Translations under genes and position numbers: made by a program | Shown: piece after piece, positions 38,277-51,678 of the stretch | How the letters are laid out: every line of letters begins with the position of its first letter | Position numbering within the stretch: the first letter of the stretch is position 1 | DNA from: Leptogorgia sarmentosa | Lineage: Eukaryota | Reading direction: 5' to 3' | NCBI GenBank assembly: GCA_964658305.1 | Contig: OZ210885.1 | Span: forward strand, 20,584,001 to 20,648,000 | DNA: 64,000 bases | Notes under the pieces: generated by a model | Seen by the model: only the letters and a program-made list of their open reading frames with translations | Told to the model about the DNA's origin: nothing | Database searches by the model: none

Positions 38277-41200
38277 CAGGGGTGGAAAAAATATTTTTCT
38301 TTCTGGGACCATAGACACAAAATCAAAAATTTTCTGCCAACTCATGTTCGTTTTCGGGCAATGGATTAGCAATTTAAAAAAAATAGTGGCACCGTCTACC
38401 GATATAGAGTGAGATAAATAGCTCTTTTGAACCAATATGAATAATTGAATAATTATCCAATGATATTTTACAGGATAAACATGAATCTTTGCAACGTTGC
38501 ATTCTTAAGTTTCAGTCTTTCATAGTTTCAGTATATATAAGTGACACCTTTGGACTAACTACTTATTCCATACAATTGAATTTGCTATTTTCATTTAACA
38601 GTTTGTGTAGAACTTTCGAACTTCCATCAAAGTCTTTCAATTGCTCTAAGACAGTTGTCTTATAAAAATGCCAGTCCTGTCTTTGTTTTGATTTCCAGTA
38701 TCTGTCCATAGCAGCTCTCACTACATTATCACAGCGGCTTAAACCAGGGCCATTCACCGCAACAAAGAATGCATCATTCACTGTATCTTCTGCCATATTT
38801 CTTTGACCGCTGAAGTGGTGTTCGTATTTTGACACCATTGACTCCAAGACAGACTCGCATGATTGCTTAACAGCAGACATAGCAATAGCTTGCATTACCA
38901 TTTCAATTTCTTCAAAGAGTTTGCCTGCTGGATCAAAGAACTTCTTTATCAGTTCTTTTGGATCAAGACTTTTCAGATCCTCTGGTTTATACTTGACTGT
39001 CAACTTTTCCAATCTTCTCAGAAATTCAGTATACTGTTTCTCTAGAGCACTCTCAGGCAAGTCTAACAATGATCTTATTGGAATTTCTTTGATGGCATTC
39101 ATAAAGTTTGGGAATTCTGTTAATGCAATCTTTACGTAACCTCCACCTGGTTGATGCATTTTAACAGACAAATTTGACAAATCAACAATTGTCTTTGTTA
39201 GTGTAATGATTCTTACGGATTGTTCATCGTAAACTTCAGTTTTGAGACCAGTGTGAAGTTCATTTATAAGCAATTGCAGTTGTTTGTTTGACGTTTTCTC
39301 AGCGTCAATTCCTTTATTGATTTGGTTTTGTTCATTTTCTCGCCTTGTCTGAGTCTGGAGACCAGCTGCATGGATTCCATGACTTTGAATTATCAGGATA
39401 CCTTGAATTTCATTCTCTTTTGCAAGCGTCTTCTTATCTTTATGATTCATTGGCCAAAGGCATCTCATTTTCTTGCCAGGAATAACTAAAGAATCACACT
39501 TGCAATGATCTGACAAACATTTGGCCATTTTGTCAAGCTCGCCCACAGCTTCCATGAACATCTCGTATCTCTCATGTGGCAGGAGGTGTACCATTTGTGC
39601 CACATTCACCACAGCACCAAACTGCCCATAAGCATCTGCTAGTCCTGATAGGTTCAGAAGGAAATGGACATTTGAAATTTTCCCCTTCAATTCTCTTGCT
39701 TGATTCCCTTTCTCTCTTGTCTTAGCATCTGGATTCTTAACTGCCTTCATAATCTGATCTTCTAGGCAAGTAATTATTGCTGGAAACTCATTGTGTATGT
39801 TTATGTAAACTTGTCTTCGGCTGTTAGCAAATCTTGTTTCAGAGAAACCGACGAGGCTTGTCAGGTGCAGTTTCCACAAGGCTGTAGCAACAACCAGCTT
39901 TTCATAGTTAGATCCCCAGTTAAACATTCTGAATAGCTTCTGACAAATATCTGTATTCAATACCACCCATTTAAATTCCTGTTTTTTGCACAGGTGGGTG
40001 TCAACTAGGCCACTTTTATGTAATGTATCGTAACTGTAAAGAACATCTCCTTCATGTAACCCGTACATGGCATCAAAGTGCTTTTGTATCCCAATGTGAA
40101 AGTACACACCATCGAACACCGTGCTCTCAATCTGACAGCCTTCTACTCCCAGTGCATCAAACCCTTCCTTCATGTTGCCTGAAAGTGCAGATGCAGTGCT
40201 TCCATGTTTCACAATTGGCTGACCAAAACTAACAACTTCCAGGAAGTTATCACTGCCTGGAGCGATTGTTACACCTGCAAGAAATTGTCTGGATCTATGT
40301 TTGTATGTGGCTTTGTCAGCCGACAGTGCAAGTGGTGGCTTATGACCAGTCTGCTGCAGTTTGCTAGTTATGAATTGCTTCATTCTGCTTTGTATCTCTT
40401 TGGTAACGTGAGGTAAGAATGCAGGGGGGAATTTTCTTGAATGGTTAAGGTTACCAACATTAGCTTTTGCTTGCTTTAGAATTAAAACATCTTCATAATC
40501 AGTAAATGGACGGCCCTTTACATACAATTTATAGCAAATGCGACCAAGGTTCATGCCAGCCTCGTAGTTTTTAGTTTTCTTCCCTTCTGCTTCTTTTTGT
40601 TTCTTTATTTGAGATTGAAGATTTTCAATATGTGCTGTTGATTGCTTAACGTGCCTTTTGACATGTTTTTTGAGATTTCGGAACTTGTCAGGAAGGTTTT
40701 CCTCAGGTGCAAATATCATACCAGTTTGTTTTTCATATTTGAAAATTCCTGTAGTCCGCAGATTTGAGGAATTGTCATCATTGTTAGTGTCAACTGTGCT
40801 ACAGACAAGCAAGATAATTCTTCTTTCTCCTCATCGAAAGTGAATCCTGCCGACTCTATCTCTTTTACTGACCTTGCTAAAGTCACTTTAGCAATCAGCG
40901 TTTCGATATCTTCATTCATGCTCATACCGTGATTAGTTTCAAGTTTAGTGTTACAGGTATTTTGATTCTTTTCAGTGGATTCCACAATCTTTTCAACATT
41001 CTGTTTAATGATGCAGATATCCTGAGCAATTTTATTCAGGCTATCACCGAAACTACTCGACATTGAAGTGCTAGAAGCGTTTAAGGAAATTCCCGACTGC
41101 AGAGAACTATTTTCACCGTCAAAGATGACTGAAGGTGCAGCTTGAAGATCAATATCTTTAAATTCTTTATCCTTACAAGCATTGTCTGGAAAAGTATTGC

Positions 41201-42310
41201 TAGTTTTTGACTGCTTACTAGAAATATCAGATAGCACTTCTTCATCTATTGGTCTTTTTAACGTTTGTTTTTGGGTGTCAGAGAAGCTAATCCTTGTTTG
41301 ACCATGTGGAGACAAGTCTGAAGAATTTTCCTGAGGATGTTTGTCAACGAGATGCTGCCGATAATTCTTTGCCAAAATCTCAATTTTGCAACCACTTACT
41401 CTGCACAAAACTTTGCAAATTTCGCTATTATGTGCTCCCTTTGAAAGCTTCTTCATTTTTCAGATTTTTGGCATTATGTTGCCATGTATACAAAAAAGTC
41501 CGTAACAAAGAGCATGTATAAACGCGCTAGACTATAATAACCAATGTGCCTTATACGTGGTTATATGAAGTATATTGGTTAACTTTGTAAACAATAACTG
41601 AATAACAAATTATGGGGAGTGGCAGAACAATTAGTTCTTTGAAGCAATGTGAAAAATTAACAATTGTTGATCTGTTGTCAAGTAATCTTTTTGAACAACC
41701 AGGTATTGTCAATAATATATTGTTGATGTATTATGATAAGTAAGCCATATGGCCCATATTCTGATATGCATAAAGCTTGTTTGATTGTTTCACGTGTTGC
41801 TATGTGGAATTCTGTAGTTAAATATTTTCAAATTTCTTTCATGCATGCCACCATCATTTATATGAGTATGGGCTAATAATTTCTTTTCAAAACAATGCAA
41901 TTTGTCTGGGCTGATACCAATTAAATTCCCCAGATGTCATGGCATCATTCAGTATATCTGATAAACTCCTCTATAGCCTATAGGAACATTAACCCATTAA
42001 GGCAGCATTCAGCATTGTCTCCTGGTGCACCCTACTGTACTTTAATTTTAATGTTACTCTGTCTAATGCCAGACAACTTTATTTGTCAAGAGGAGACTTT
42101 AGGATCTTAATGGGCAAAAAATGTTCTACTTTCCTGCCTAAATTTCCTGCCTTCCTACTTAAAATATTTTCTGGCAAGCCCCCAATTATTTTTTAGCAAA
42201 ATTTGCTTAACATTTTCGTCCTCTTCTAATGAAACTTAAAATATTTTCTGGGAACCCAAAAAATTTTCTGGGACCAATGGTCCCATGGTCCGATACATTT
42301 TCCACCCCTG
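38277..42310 (-). mobile_element. hAT DNA transposon #3, both ends present (4034 bp)
   Basis: 13-bp TIR CAGGGGTGGAAAA; exact 8-bp TSD GTTAGGAC (38269-38276, 42311-42318). Confidence 0.95.
38563..41456 (-). pseudogene. Divergent hAT-type transposase (~960 aa, one frameshift near 40800)
   Basis: N-terminal C2H2/BED-like CRVSGC..HLVDKH; LSADKAT, FDGVY, DTLHKS, SETRF, SCESVLES, VNGP. Confidence 0.8.
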
Positions 42311-43571
42311 GTTAGGACGAAAGACACTCAAGGAAGCACAAGTCATTATATTCACTTGTATGACTACAAGAGCGGTGCATCTAGAGCTTGTTAGTGATAG
42401 AAGTATGGACACGTTCTTGTTAGCATTTCGACTTTTTGCCAGTCTACGTGGCCATCCGAGCACGTGCTGGTCAGATTGTGGGACCAAGCTTGGAGGTGTG
42501 CTGGCAATGGTTACAGGTGGAGAGCAAAGTTCATGATTTGTCACTTCTTTCTTTTCACCATCTTCCAGTTCAACCTAATGGGCAAAAACATTGACATTAA
42601 CAAGAAGGAAAATGAATAAAATCGTCTGGCGTTAGACAGAGTGAATACTAAAGTCAATTGTGTATTTCATTTATGATTCAAATAATTAGTTGATATCGAT
42701 TTGGATAAAATCTGTTACCTATGGTTTGAGAAATTAAAGTTTATTTATTCATAGCAAAAGGATACTTTTTATTTGAATATAGGTTGTATAGCAGTGTACT
42801 TACAATAAGCTTTCCTCTTATCGGATCCACTTGGACAACTGTCACTTGTCACTTCCCCAGCATTGAGAATAAAAGTTGGACCGGCGTTCAGACCTCGGAG
42901 GTTCTCACCGTCATCGCGGGCTCAACAAGTATAGCGTGGCGTGTTTACTCGAAAAAGAACAAGTATAGCGTGGGTGTTAGTGGTTAGGATATTAGTGGTT
43001 TATGTTGCAAGGTCAAAAGAACTACGGAAGGTTAACTGAGCTGCTTTTACGAACGGTAAAAGGAACATAAAATGACGTTTAAATCTGTTAACATCGCATG
43101 AGACTTATTTACATATTATCGATGGATATTCATTTTCTGTTAACTAGCTATGAACTTTTATAACATTCTTAAGTATACTAGGATTTAAGAACTATTAGTA
43201 AAATGTATGTATTTGTCCTTCATGCTATAAAAAAGTCAGGCACGGTTTCAAACTATCACTATAGACTAGTTTAGCTTGATGATAACATAAGGCAATATCT
43301 CTCAGGCAAATTCAAGACTGAGTTAAAATCAAAAACTATTTATCAGGAAACTTATATGTAGAAGTAATTAATATTCTAAGCTGTCTATATCTTTTTAAAT
43401 TTTTAAACTGTAATGGCATTGAAAAGCCTAGTAGGTAATTCTTGAATACAGTTTATATGTGTCTATTCAGTAATTCAACATAGCAGAACATATAGTGGCC
43501 ATGTGGCTATCTGAAAACAGCACAATAATTGATCTTGGGCAAATAACAAGGAATAAAACTTTCAAACTTAC

Positions 43572-43784
43572 GATTTGTGGTTGTCTAGATCTTTTCTTTG
43601 GAAGCTCAATTATGGTTTCTGGTCGGATAATTTCTTTGCTCGTGATCCTATCCCACATGCTTCCAAAACCATCAAACGAGACACAGACATTCTCACTATC
43701 TAGCATGCCAACAATCGTTGCTTTTGCCCACACACCGAACTCGTCCAGGCCTTCAATCTTGTCACCAACATTAAAGGAGTTCAT
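43572..43784 (-). CDS. Exon encoding a Tudor/MBT-like domain; rest of the gene truncated
   Basis: FNVGDKIEGLDEFGVWAKATIV..VCVSFDGFGSMWD; GTAAGT donor after 43572; possible later exon at 42574-42487. Confidence 0.65.
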
Positions 43785-44445
43785 TTCGCAAAGTAAGTCG
43801 CTTTGTTTGAAATTTTTAACTGCAGAATATGGCTGAAAATATACCGAATACTTTCTATGTCAAGGTGTAAATATCAGTCTTCGCGAAAGAAGGTCCTGGG
43901 TACAAGACGCACGCAACGTCACAGCGTTCAGCCAATCATAATACGTCACTGCTCGCATAAATTACACATTTTCTCCGGGTGCGTGTCGTAATGGTGGGAT
44001 TAACATGGAATGATTCAACAGTGCCATAGGAAGGGGACACTAAGAGCGTGGTACACTCCCCCCAACGTTCACAGTTATAACAAAAAGTAATAAAGAAAAT
44101 ACTGAAAACTTGCTAATGTTTCAATGTGGATTGCCGAAAGTGTGCATGAAATATGTAAAGATTTTCATCATGCATGAATTGTTTAGCAAAAAATGAATTT
44201 ACTTTAGGGTACCATTATTGTATGAAATGTTGCCCCTGAAAGCCTGTGTCCCCTTACTTTAACCTCTTCCCAGGACCCTGCTTCATAATTGTACGTATTC
44301 AGTTTTGAAAAAAAAGTTTGTATGTTTAAAGGGAAAGCATTGCTAATCAGGCAAGGAAAGTTAATATGGAAATTAAACACAATTTTTAAATGATCATGAT
44401 TGGATGATATAGGGTATTAGGGTACATAAGTAATTTATATGTTTT

Positions 44446-47400
44446 ATGTATTTAGTGATATTCAAGGATCCCAAGAGCAACAATTCTGACGGAAGAATCG
44501 AATTCGACGGGATACCCTACATGATTCTCGGTAGAAAAGTATTCGAGTGCCAACACAGAGTAGATCGTCACGAAAATGAAGAGAGAGGGAAGAGAGAAGC
44601 TAAAATAGTAAGTGGGCACTGCAAAATGTTGCTATGTGATGAAATGTTTCATCTCGTCTATTGAAAAAGTTTATTTAAAGACTGAATCTTTAATTAAATT
44701 CACGTAACCTTACAAAGTAATACTATGTGGTAGGCTAAAACAAAATTATACAGGGTGTATAAAAAAAATGGTAACAAATGTGGCGCGCCATATTTCACCA
44801 AATCATTGATGGATTTCATCGAGTGTGATATCATTCGAAAGTTCAGTTCATTAGCTTTTAGATGACACGTTTTATGTGGCATTTAGTTAAGAAACCAGCC
44901 AGCAGTGCTTCGGTGAACATTTTAAGTGAATATAGCATTTTTCCTTCTTTTGAAATTTAGTCCCAAGAGGTTTAAACATCTTAATCATCCTGCAATTATA
45001 ATTGCAATTCGAATATTCAAATTAGTGCGAGTTTTTATATTCAGCAAGCGACAAAGGTGAAAAAGATGGGTCAATTGACAATTGTTGATTAAAAATGCAT
45101 ATCCATTGTCTCGTTTATTCCCATCGGTGGAAATATGCAATTTTCACTTAAAACGTCTGTACTGCTCGCTGGTTTCTTGACTAAATGCCGCATAAAACAT
45201 GTCATGTAAGAGAGGAACAATTGAACTTTCGAATGATGTCAAACTCGATAAAATCCATTAATGATTTGTTGAGATATGGCGCGCCACATTTGCGTTACCA
45301 TTTTTTTGATACACCCTGTACAGTCAGATTGAACTTCAAAACAGTACAGATTACACAACAAATTTAAAGCTAGAGAGGGGATTGGCAACGTATGGTCTGC
45401 TCTATCGCAAGTTCTGAAAGGGCAAAAAATCGCATGTGTTAACAAGTTTACATAAATAATACATTGAAGACAGCTTTAACACCACAAAAAATGTGGCGTA
45501 TTCTTTTTATATAGGCCAAAGGCTGTGAAGATCATTCATATTGTGGAAAAAATACCAAACAACGAAGAAATTTGGCTGTCATGCAGTGATAATTGTATGG
45601 GAAGTAATGCGATTCCCTGATTACAAGGTATATAGCTATAATAAGAGTTATATGTATCTAAGTAATACTGATTAAAATACTCTTGATCAAAATACTCTTA
45701 ATATCAAAAACACATGTTTTGCAATATTCCCTCAAAATTTACGGCAAACTCAATTTCTGCCACCGTGTGGAGCACATGTAAAACATGGACACTCGTGACA
45801 AAATGTGACATAAAAGATATATAGTTAGTTGATTTATTCACTTTCATATGATATAGGTATACTTGCACCAAGTGGGAACATAATCAACATATATGAGCAA
45901 ATTGATAATTACCTGAAATTTCGTTAAAACCAAAAACCATTAGAAACCACATACACATAGCAATAATAAAACAACGACATACGAAGGTTGATCAAGCAAA
46001 TCTCCTGGAAAAAACGAAAGTATGGCAAAGTCAAAACAACTTGATGACAACAGCGACATAGAAGACGATGAACAAATGTTGGTTGATGATGGTACGATGA
46101 ACAAAGGCTTGTTGTTAGTCTACCAAACACAATGGCAGAAACGTCTGCTTAACAGGTATGGGAATGAGTTGTGCCTGTTAGATGCGACATACAAAACGAC
46201 GAAGTACTGTTTGCCCTTGTATTTCCTTGTTGTAAAAACTAACATTGAATACAAAGTAGTTGCAGCATTTATAACCCAGTCAATCAAGGAGGCTTTGTGT
46301 GTAATAATGAAATGGAACCCTATTTGGAAGCCAAGGCATTTTATGGTGGATTACGCGCTGCAAGAGATTTCATCTGTGGAACAACTTTTTCCAGGTATGT
46401 ACACTATGCGGACAAAGATGGTTTGTTTGAAAGACTCATGATTTACTATAGCTGTTTAACACAATGCATGATCAGGATTCATGATATTCCTATAGTAACC
46501 AATATAATCAATGTAATTATCTATTTATACACAACATGCAAGTATTTAACTATAGATTGTTTAGTATTAATCTGTGACTTCCACCGAGAACAAGCATGGG
46601 GAAGATGGCTCTCGAGAAGAACGAATGGGTTAGTGGCCATGAGAAAAATAGCCCGCGCAAGAACAGAAGATGAGTTTTTTAAGGAAGTGGAATCCCTATG
46701 GTCCAACAGTTTGTTCAAAAAGTACATGGAAAATATGTGGCTAAAGGAGCACAAACTGAGTTTAAAAATCTTAGAAAGATTTTTTTAATAAAGTTATTTT
46801 TTAGTACGTTCTAATTTGTAATAGGTGCGAGGAACTTTAGACAAGTAATCTGTATATATACCGTCACAGGTAAAAGTAGTTTGGTGCACGCGCCGTACGT
46901 AGATTCTTATATTTCAATTATAGCGCTGGGTTTGGGCTTACAGCAAGGACAGATTGCTTGTTACGGTCAACACCAATAATGGCATTGAGTTTCAAAACTT
47001 GGCATTCAAATACGATTATTTGATCAACCAGCATCGTGGATCCACACTCAGTACAATGTTGACAATTCTAGTAGAAAAGTTCATACCTTAAAGTTACGAC
47101 AGGTACGTACGAGTTCACATAATAAGAGTGTAAACGCTACCAAAGTGGATGGGATTATATCCCCATTTGAAAATATTTTATTGAATAAATAGATTACAAT
47201 TTGTCGTTGTCTGTTAACTTACAGATACATGGTCTACGTATATGTTAAGGCATCAGCATCCCCATTAAATATTGACTGGTCCCTTAAATCAATATCTCAG
47301 TTCGATTGACAAGAGCAATGCCATTAAACGATAGATAAAAAGAAGACAATATAAAAATCTCTTTTTCTTATGTTGTGCAGTATAAGCTGTCCAAATATAT

Positions 47401-48413
47401 TCAATCTGGTCAATTAAGCCTATACATTTTTTAATGAAGGTATATAGACAACAATGCGGAGTCGTCAAGTAAATACCGCCAGTACAATCAGGCAATACCA
47501 CGATATCTCCATGATCGTCCACCATGCGTCGTTAATCATTGCATGAAAAGATTACAATCGGCATGTGATATAAAAGATGAATGCGTGAAAGTGGTGGATA
47601 AAGAAAGATTTCAGTTTGTCGTTAAAAGCCAGGACACAAACTGTTCTAATATGTGGTACAAAGTATCATTTGGTAATGAGACGAATCAGAAAATGCCATC
47701 ATGTGAATGTATAGACTGGGAGAGAAATCGACTTCCATGCAAACATTTTCTAGCCATATTCTCAAATTACCCTGATTGTGGATTTGATCGGTTATCTTTG
47801 GTCTATAAAGATTTGCCATTTCTCAATCTGGATGAAGATGTGATCTTTCGAGGAAACAATGTTGCTAGTTTGGAAATGGAAGAAGAAATGGAATTGTCAA
47901 CAATGTCCGCAACGAACAAAAGTGTTTCAAGGTTACAGAGTTCACCCAAACAAGACAGCATATCAATAAATTGGAGCGCAAAATGTAAGGAAGGAGTAAA
48001 GCAAATAACGTCGCTGCTCCATGTTGTCGATGATAATGATATTCTTAAAGAAGCACACTCTTTGGTCACCAGTTGCATAGAACTGTTGAACAGACACCTC
48101 TGTTCTTCCTAACAGGGAAGAAGGACTTATTTTGGAAAAATGCAGAAATGATAAAACGTCAAATTCGTTGAGATCAGAAAGATATGGTCAGAAGAAGTGT
48201 TTACAGACTAAATGCTACAAAGACCTTCCTAAACCAAGGCGGAACGAGAAACTTTCATGTCGTGTTGGAATCAGAGCAGAGACAGCGAAGCAGAATTTGT
48301 CGATGACCATAGAAGACACTTCAGACCAGCAACATGAAACTGCTAAAAAACAATGCTGTTCTGTTAATGTCGAGTCAGAAATAGTTCCCCTGACTTTATC
48401 GGACGATTCTTGA
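44446..48413 (+). pseudogene. CaRF-like MULE/SWIM transposase, decayed, multi-exon
   Basis: IEFDGIPYMILGRKVFECQH, LLDATYKTTKY.LPL, FMVDY, ICDFHREQAW, TNNGIE, SWIM CECIDWERNRLPCKH; element ends not found. Confidence 0.82.
44751..45318. mobile_element. Tc1/mariner-type MITE (568 bp)
   Basis: TA|CAGGGTGTAT..ATACACCCTG|TA with long imperfect TIRs. Confidence 0.9.
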
Positions 48414-48864
48414 AAAACTCTAATGTAATACTAATAAGAACAAAATCGTATATTTATGCATTCATTGGTCACCAGTTGCATAGAACTGTTGAACAGACAC
48501 CTCTGTTCTTCCTAACAGGGAAGAAGGACTTATTTTGGAAAAATGCAGAAATAATAAAACGTCAAATTCGTTGAGCTCAGAAAGATATGGTCAGAAGAAG
48601 TGTTTACAGACTAAATGCTACAAAGACCTTCCTAAACCAAGGCGGAACGAGAAACTTTCATGTCGTGTTGGAATCAGAGCAGAGACAGCGAAGCAGAATT
48701 TGTCGATGACCATAGAAAACACTTCAGACCAGCAACATGAAACTGCTAAAAAACAATGCTGTTCTGTTAATGTCGAGTCAGAAATAGTTCCCCTGACTTT
48801 ATCGGACGATTCTTGAAAAACTCTAATGTAATACTAATAAGAACAAAATCGTATATTTATGCAT
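48062..48864. repeat. 400-bp near-identical tandem duplication
   Basis: 48062-48461 repeated at 48465-48864 (offset 403); duplicated ORFs at 48132 and 48535. Confidence 0.95.
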
Positions 48865-49129
48865 GTACTATAAATTACCAAAACCTATGTTTGACAATTT
48901 GCTAATTGTTGGCATACGTCCAAACTATGAGTCTATGACGTCTACATATTAAACTGTTAACAATATGAAAGTATAAAATATTTTTCAACCTAGTTGAGCG
49001 CTACCTCATTTCTTCCCTCTTCTCTCTTTTCTGTCACCTTTGGCAATCTCGTTTTTTGAAAGGGAGTCGAACAAGAATTCCAATTGCTGTTTCCTCTTTC
49101 TTTGTCTTGGAATGTTATTTTGGGCTTCT

Positions 49130-49481
49130 GGGGGTTGCAACGGCACGTCAAACGTTTCAGTATCCGAGGTGGCGTTTGGAATTTCTGCAGGTTGCAACGG
49201 CACAGACATTTCAGTGACTACCGGGATGGCGTTTGGAATTTCTGCAGGTAGGGACGAGACAGACATTTCAGTGACTACCGAGGTGGCGTTTGGAATTTTT
49301 GCAGGTTGCGACGGCACAGGCATTTCAGTGACTACCGGGGATGGCATTTGGAATTTCTGCAGGTTGGGGCGAGACAAACATTTCAGTGACTACCGAGGTG
49401 GCGTTTGGAATTTCTGCAGGTTGCGACGAGACAGACATTTCAGTGACTACCGGGAAGGCGTTTGGAATTTCTGCAGGTTGC
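49130..49481 (-). repeat. 57-bp minisatellite (~6 units), coding-like (VVTEMSVPSQPAEIPNAT)
   Basis: GTTTGGAATTTCTGCAGG-like core at 49174, 49231, 49288, 49346, 49403, 49460. Confidence 0.9.
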
Positions 49482-50110
49482 TAAAGTTAACCCCAAAACG
49501 TTTCTATGTACAATATTAAGTGAAACCCACCTATTTTAATTTTATTGAAACATGTAACATGTATATATAATTATATATATAAAGTGCTGTTGCTCTCTTA
49601 CCTTTGCCGTGCTAAACAGAAGTAAAGCGTAATTACTCTTGCTTCTCATGTCAACCTCTGATTCCTCTATCACCCTGAGGCATTCTGTGTAGGTTTCATC
49701 TCTGGCCGTTTGTTAAAACGCAATTCGATTATTACCCCAATGCTCTTCATCATGTTTTTTAATGATATGAACCCTTCCGGTTCATCGAATTGTCGAACGG
49801 AATTACAGCAATCCTCGAAAACGCTCTGTTTGTGAAGATGAAAAATTCACCAGTTCAATGTTTAATTTTGGTTTATAGACAACACATTGGCCCAAAACCA
49901 ACTCTGTGACATCTCAGCCTGCATGAGTGGTGTCTGTTAAACGCCCTGGACATGAGAAGTGATACTCATACGACATAAGGGGTGTTTCCCACATGCACAA
50001 GAAAGAAGAGAGGCAGAAATAGAAGGTTTGTTTACTTTATGAAGTAAGACATTTTTAATTTGTAAATTTGAGTGGACTACACAACGCAGTTCTTGCAGGC
50101 GTCAGGAGCC

Positions 50111-50263
50111 CAGTGGCGTCCCCAGAGCCGATAAGTGGGGTGGACATATTCATAAATTCGTGTTCGCAGACCATAAAAACAATTGATTTCAAAAGAAATT
50201 AATTGTGCAAAACACGAATATATGAATATGTCCACCTCACTTATCGAGCTGGGGATGCCACTG
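50111..50263. mobile_element. hAT-type MITE (153 bp)
   Basis: CAGTGGCGTCCCCAG..CTGGGGATGCCACTG; exact 8-bp TSD CAGGAGCC. Confidence 0.92.
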
Positions 50264-51534
50264 CAGGAGCCCAAGGCAGGGGGCGGCATGGAAAGATCAT
50301 GTTTTCGGCAATATTCTATACATAAGTTACTATTATGAGGACATAGATGACGAAAACATTAATATAAAGTCGTCGCCTTTATTCGTTTGATGTTACGAAC
50401 ACTTCTATTTTACTTTGTATTCCCCTGTACTTGAACTTTGAACTTGAAATTAGTTACCCTTGTTTGCCTGTTCAATTTTCGATTACAATATTACTTTTGT
50501 TGAAGTATCCGACAAAAAAAACTCACTGCATGTCCTGTGCGACAGTTCCATCAACTTCTTCCGACGATCAAACGGTATCTTTAGGAATTACTTCCACTAA
50601 AAAGCCGTCTGCTTTCTTTTCCTTATCGTCCTTAGCAACATAGCCTTTGCATCGCACATAAAAATTCTTTACTCGAATAAATGACTGCCCTTTTTTGTAA
50701 CCAATTTGGCCATCGGACTCAAAATATTTCTTCCCGTCTTTCTGTGAAGACTGTGGGTTTTTTTTTCGGAATCAAAAACATTTTCTCCTGACGAATTTGT
50801 AGCCGTTCTTTGCTCCATGATTAAATGACAACATACAGAGAAAGTGAAAAAATGTGCACTACTTTTTTAATACATGTGATGTGAGCATGCGTGCTCCCTG
50901 AAGCAGCCCTGAAGTGGAGCAGTCTAAGACAGTCTTAATAGTCCAGTAAACGAATGACTGTTTGTGGTCGAGGTTGGAAAAAAATTTGAACAAAGCCGAT
51001 AATAGTTAGTAAAACCCCACCGAGATCCGACCATGGGAACATCCTTTTTCTGACCAAGATGGCTGCCATATCGAGCTTATTTAGTTTATCTGATTAATTT
51101 GATTAATTAATCCAATTTTAAATGCCCGTAACGGTCAATTACAACTTAAGATCACCGTGGCATGCTCTTAACTGAATGATTCAAGCTCATTGTGGATCGA
51201 GGTCACAGAAATTACAAAGGTCAAAGCAAATACTTTGACCAAAAAATTTCAGTTGTGCTTTTTTATACTTAAATAAAAATAATGAAATTAAAATAAATGG
51301 CGCCTTTTTTTATATATATGCGAATAAAAAGAAGATTCTTTCAAAAGGAAAACATTTCCCCATTGCGGGCTGGCTTTGGTACCCCTAAAAATGAGCCAGA
51401 GTGTCCAACTGGTCAGCGGCACACTACACTTGGGAGGAACTTGTAACAGGTGAGTCGTCAGAGTGATTGTCTTTTTTCGAGAAAAAACGAAGTTCATGGA
51501 ACAATTTCAGTACAAAAAGTTGTTGCTATATGTT

Positions 51535-51678
51535 CAGTGGCGTAGCCAAACTGACAATTTTGTCCTGCCATGCAAATTTCAAATTATTATAATTATTCAT
51601 TTCTTTAGAAATTGATTGTTTTCACAGTCAGTGAACACGAAAATATTTGCATAGCGCGACGGGCTGGCTACGCTACTG
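51535..51678. mobile_element. hAT-type MITE (144 bp)
   Basis: CAGTGGCGTAGCCA..TGGCTACGCTACTG; exact 8-bp TSD TATATGTT. Confidence 0.92.

Larger units (their letters stand above)
34945..42490 (+). pseudogene. pol: BEL/Pao #2 gag zinc knuckle + pol (protease, RT, RNase H, integrase), split by hAT #3 and 3'-truncated
   Basis: CRKCLK..H, MLDTSS protease, WYLP..LRLVFD, YVDD, HGLSDA, PRLEL, WVDST, NPAD, IDMFGP; resumes at 42311 with FTCMTTRAVHLE..WSDCGT. Confidence 0.92.
49006..50818 (-). pseudogene. Uncharacterised degenerate multi-exon gene convergent with the CaRF-like MULE gene
   Basis: Exon 50818-50527 (MEQRT..KYFESDGQIGYKKGQSFIRVKNFYVRCKGYV..GFLVEV; GTGAGT donor; frameshift and stop), probable exon ~49830-49600, last exon with 19-aa repeats and a basic tail. 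Confidence 0.45.

Noticed and set aside
42820..42990. Possible SINE or tRNA-like segment with duplicated AACAAGTATAGCGTGG
   Set aside because: No clear A/B boxes, cloverleaf, tail or TSD
44446..48413. Host CARF transcription factor gene
   Set aside because: Has MULE DDE and SWIM motifs with stops and deletions, consistent with a decayed transposase
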